Shown piece by piece: positions 34,630-38,437 of a DNA stretch of 38,437 nt. The notes beneath the pieces were generated by a model. It made no database searches, was not told the DNA's origin, and worked only from the letters and a program-made list of their open reading frames with translations. The number at the start of each line of letters is the position of its first letter. The first letter of the stretch is position 1. Where the stretch lies: NCBI GenBank assembly GCA_051941275.1, contig JAVEBF010000055.1:1-38437 (forward strand), in the 5' to 3' direction. Origin of the DNA: Dirinaria sp. TL-2023a. Its lineage: Eukaryota. The position numbers were made by a program, and so were the translations under genes.

Positions 34630-36672
34630 ATGCCCTACGAGAGCTTGAATGGGACTATCGAAATTTCGAACGGCTCACACTCGTCCTTGGGCCCGCTTCC
34701 GCTGTCAAAAAGTTCTGGCGAATCCGAGAGCTTGGAAGATTCCGATGATGGAGGTGGGAACTCCAAACCGTTCGTCCTTGACGAAATTGCAAAGACCTCA
34801 ATCGATACTGGAAACCATGTAGATTCTGAGACCGGGGATGAAATTACTGACGATGAAGGTCTCGAATTGAATGATCTTGGAGGTCCGAGTCGCCGTGGAA
34901 GTCATACTAGTGCCCAGACGTTCATGCTCTATACGCCGGATGAAGAGCAGTCAGTAATTCGCAAATTTGATAGCCGCTTGGTCCTATTCGTGGCGCTACT
35001 TTATATGCTTAGTTTCCTTGATCGCTCTAGTATGCTCTGTATTGGATATTGTAGCACAGCATACTAACCCTTAGCGTTAGATGTTGGGAACGCAAGAATC
35101 GCCGGTTTGTCAAGGGATCTCGAGTTGGATTCGGGTCAATATGAATGGCTTCTCAGAGCTTTCTATATCACATATATTACATTCGAATGGAGTATGTATT
35201 CTCTTGCTCATTACTTTCTTTTGTTTCTACCGAAGAGATTCCATAAAGAGGACGCAGTAGTATTGACTGCCCTGGTCATTCCTGCGACCACTGTCTTAGA
35301 ATTGGAGGACTGACCGAAAACTAGTGACATTGCTTTATCGCGTTATCCCGCCACATATCTATATCGCAGTATGCGTTGCATCCTGGGGCATTTTAGCTTC
35401 CTTGCAAGCCGTCGCAACGTCGTTTGGCATTCTTCTTCTACTACGGCTGCTTCTGGGCATAGGTGAAGCAGCATTCGGGCCTGGTGTCCCTTTCTACTTA
35501 TCTTTCTTCTACAAACGCGACGAGCTTGCTCTGAGAACCGGATTATTTATCTCTGCTGCACCGTTGGCGACTTCTTTCGCAGCAAGCCTCGCTTGGCTTA
35601 TAACAAAGATATCGGATTATGTCCCCATCGCAGCGTGGCGCATGCTCTTCCTGGTGGAGGGTTTCCCAAGCGTCATTGTGGCCATTTTTGCATGGCATTG
35701 TCTTCCTGATAGCCCTAACACAGCGGTATATCTAACCAAGCGTCAAAAGCGTGTGGCAACATTGAGACTACGAAAAGAAAGAGATCCTTCATACGCTGCT
35801 CAAGCCGGACGAGGTGTAAAGTGGACAGAGATAATGGAGGCTCTTGCTGATCCCAAAAACTATGTTACTGCTGCACGTGATCCATCGTTGACAAGATTAT
35901 ACAGGCTGACCGAGTATCTAGGGAATGTTTTTCTGCTGCAATGTAGCGTTCAGTTCATTGCCGGTATTCTTGCCGACAATAATTGAAGAGTACGTTCAAC
36001 CAAAGGCATTCTATCAAGCCTAGGCAGCCGGGTTATCTGATTGCTCGATAATCGCACGATCCTGCGGGTTCCAAGAGCTGACAAGTTTCTAGGATGGGGC
36101 ACTCTGCCCGCGCTTCCCAAGCATTGGCAGCACCCCCGTACCTTGTTGCGTTTTTGTCCGTGTTGTCGACGAGCTGGCTCTCTGATCGATTTCAGGATCG
36201 GAGTTTGTGTGTTTGCTTCCATTCTGGATTGGCAACGCTGGGCTACAGTACGATCGCTTATGCTGGCTCGCAAGGCGAGGCGGGGAGCGTTGCGTGGCGC
36301 TATGTAGGCGTTTACCCAGCGGCAATGGGCTTTTTCTCAGCAATTACAATAATCATTACCTGGACGATCAACAACCAGGACTCGGACTCCAAAAAAGGAA
36401 CGGGAGTCGCTATGCTTAACGTAATCGGGCAGCTTGGCCCATTGATTGGCACTCACCTGTATCCGGAAAGCGACGGGCCCTACTATGTCAAGGGTATGTC
36501 GGTCTGTGCAGCCTTCATGGCTGTTGTTGGATTTCTGAGTCTTGTGTTACGCTTCATTCTAGCCGGGAAGAACAGAAGATCGTCTGAGTACATGCCGGTC
36601 GGCGCTGAGGATGAAGTAGTAGGAATACAGGAGCGAAAAGGCCCTGGCATGACCTTCAAATACATGCTTTGA
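34630..36672 (+). CDS. MFS transporter, anion:cation symporter (Dal5/Tna1-like) family; introns 35030-35080, 35192-35324, 35873-35921 (GC-AG), 35990-36092
   Basis: Motifs RKFDSRLV..LYMLSFLDRSNVGNARIAGL, RLLLGIGEA, LSFFYKRDELALR, WRMLFLVEG, LPDSP, APPYLVA and WTINNQ. Confidence 0.9.
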
Positions 36673-36813
36673 ACTCGAGCATCTGGCACTCCATAGTGTA
36701 ACTCTACAAATTGCTGTTCGCCATCCAAGGCTGGTCTTGTGCATTTATTTCAAGCTACAGCTGGATCCACGCCTCCCACCTGAAAATGGCCGGGTCGCCA
36801 TCTCGGCCTGGTG

Positions 36814-37906
36814 TCATACGGGCTTGGAGTTGATGTCGTCTTTTCGTCTCCTGCTGATACCAATGTCGACCTCTTCTTTTATCCTCCTCACTACTTCCTC
36901 CAGCGCCCTACAAGCAAAACTATCTGGGAAGTTATCAAAGAAACTTTCTCCATAATCACAAGCCATTCCAATCCTCGGATCTAAGGGCACTGCACCAAGG
37001 AAGGGAAGTCCGGTCTCCTTCGCTAATCGTCGTGCTCCACCTGTCGTAGCCTTGAAGATCTGCGTCCGATGTGTGCAATTCGGGCACACGAATCCCGACA
37101 TATTTTCCACAATCCCGAGAACCTTGATGTCTGCTTTGCGACAGAAGTCAATCTCTTTCCTCACATCCAACAGGCTGACCTCTTGTGGCGTCGTCACAAC
37201 AATTGCGCCATCAACACCGGATTCCTTAAGAAAAGAATTCACACTAAGATGTTCGTCGCTCGTCCCAGGCGGAGTATCAACGATCAGATAATCCAGCTCG
37301 CCCCATTCCACGTCTTTGAGGAATTTCTTGATCAATCCATTCTTCTTCGGACCTCTCCAGATCACAGCATCATCCCTGTTCGGCAGCATGAATTGCACAC
37401 TCATGACGCCGAGATTATCCGCCACCCAAACGGGACTCCAGCCGGCGTTACTGACGTGTATTGTTTCAGCCTCCACGCCCATCATTTTCGGAATGCTGGG
37501 CCCGCAGATGTCGGTGTCCATTATCCCCACCGTACTTTCAGTATCTAATGCGAAGGCATGTGCAAGCATTGCTGAGAAGGTGGACTTTCCTACACCACCT
37601 TTGCCACTCAGAACGAGAATCTTGTGCTGTATAGCGGAGAGACGGGTAGTGATGAGAGGTAGGTCAGGATCAGGGCCTTTGGGGGTTGAGGCGCATATTT
37701 GCTGATTTGGACAGCCTGCGCAAGCATCGCCTTTGCCCGCGAGATTGGATTCCGGGCCGGGACAGTGCTCTGCCGGCTCAGTCAGATGGTCGCGATAGCA
37801 TGGTTCGATATGTGGGCGCACCTGGTTCGGGTGCAACGAGTTCGGGTGTGTTCTTCACAGGTGCCGCGAGATCGACCTGTACGGGCTCTTCCAATGAAGG
37901 AGCCAT
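36814..37906 (-). CDS. NBP35: Cytosolic Fe-S cluster assembly factor Nbp35; exons 37906-37822, 37769-36814
   Basis: N-terminal four-Cys ferredoxin-like motif ([19 protein letters not shown]), deviant Walker [21 protein letters not shown] and [11 protein letters not shown]. Confidence 0.95.
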
Positions 37907-38327
37907 ACCTCCTCTTTCAGGGCTATGAGCGGAAGCGGAGCAGTTCTATGTGTGAGCACAAGAGTCAGACGGTAGCCGTGGCGCATCATACATTATCTTG
38001 GGCCGAGGGGTGAATAGAAGTTGTGGTTCAGCTGTGGCTTGTAATCTACCTGGAGAACTTACCTTATCTTTCCTTCGGCACTTCACTCCACGCGGGGTGC
38101 ATTAGAGTCAGGGAAAATAAGGTAGGGAGTATCTAATCATTCTAATGCTTGATTTCTAAGGACTTGAGCAACACGTGTGGCATTGAAGATCCACAACCCG
38201 TTGAGCCTAGGCACGCCTGATTTTGCCATTTCTTGCTAGCACGAGATGTGATATTGATAAAGTACCTCATAATACAGTCATTCATTACCCTACCTACCTT
38301 ACGATCACACAGCAAACAACAAACAAC

Positions 38328-38437
38328 ATGAACGCTTCAAAACCGGATGTGACGCCGTCTCGCTCGCCAAATGCATCGACGATGGCCTTGGCAACGACGT
38401 CACCAGCGCCCGCCCCGGACCCCAGAAACCCCAAACC
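38328..38437 (+). CDS. Probable 5' end of a gene truncated by the window edge (MNASKPDVTPSRSP...)
   Basis: ATG in a typical CAAACAAC context, open to the window end, divergent from NBP35. Confidence 0.45.
   Translation, partial: MNASKPDVTPSRSPNASTMALATTSPAPAPDPRNPK

Noticed and set aside
36745..36816. NBP35 stop TGA-C followed by a GC hairpin (possible readthrough)
   Set aside because: The context is not TGA-CTA, and the extension ends in SCSLK with no targeting signal.
7343..38013. Numerous antisense and alternative-frame ORFs overlapping conserved genes
   Set aside because: Explained as shadow ORFs of the real coding sequences.
1..38437. CRISPR arrays, rRNA, telomeric arrays, TPP riboswitch, secondary-metabolite cluster
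   Set aside because: No supporting repeats or motifs were seen by eye; a covariance-model scan was not possible.

Overview
Gene-dense segment of a filamentous ascomycete (Pezizomycotina) nuclear genome, with short GT-AG introns and CTRAY branch sites. The left ~2.1 kb is degenerate repeat DNA: a CC/GG-depleted, RIP-like relic (1-~1100) and a Copia-type LTR+PBS fragment (1481-2111) that appears to split an older reading frame. The rest is mostly conserved housekeeping genes, in order: a multi-pass membrane protein, FIG4, TTI2, CCA1, U1 snRNP protein A (U1A/Usp102), VMA8, SYF1, GEA2/GBF1, ANP1, MTR3, a small Myb-like protein, an ACS-family MFS transporter, NBP35, and the 5' end of a further gene. 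The most striking observation is in intron 2 of the U1A gene. It can fold into a mimic of U1 snRNA stem-loop II (10-nt loop AUUGCACUGA), with the predicted branch adenosine in the loop and the pyrimidine tract in the stem. This suggests U1A may repress splicing of its own pre-mRNA. Exon structures were derived by hand, and gene identities come from motif recognition, not database searches.
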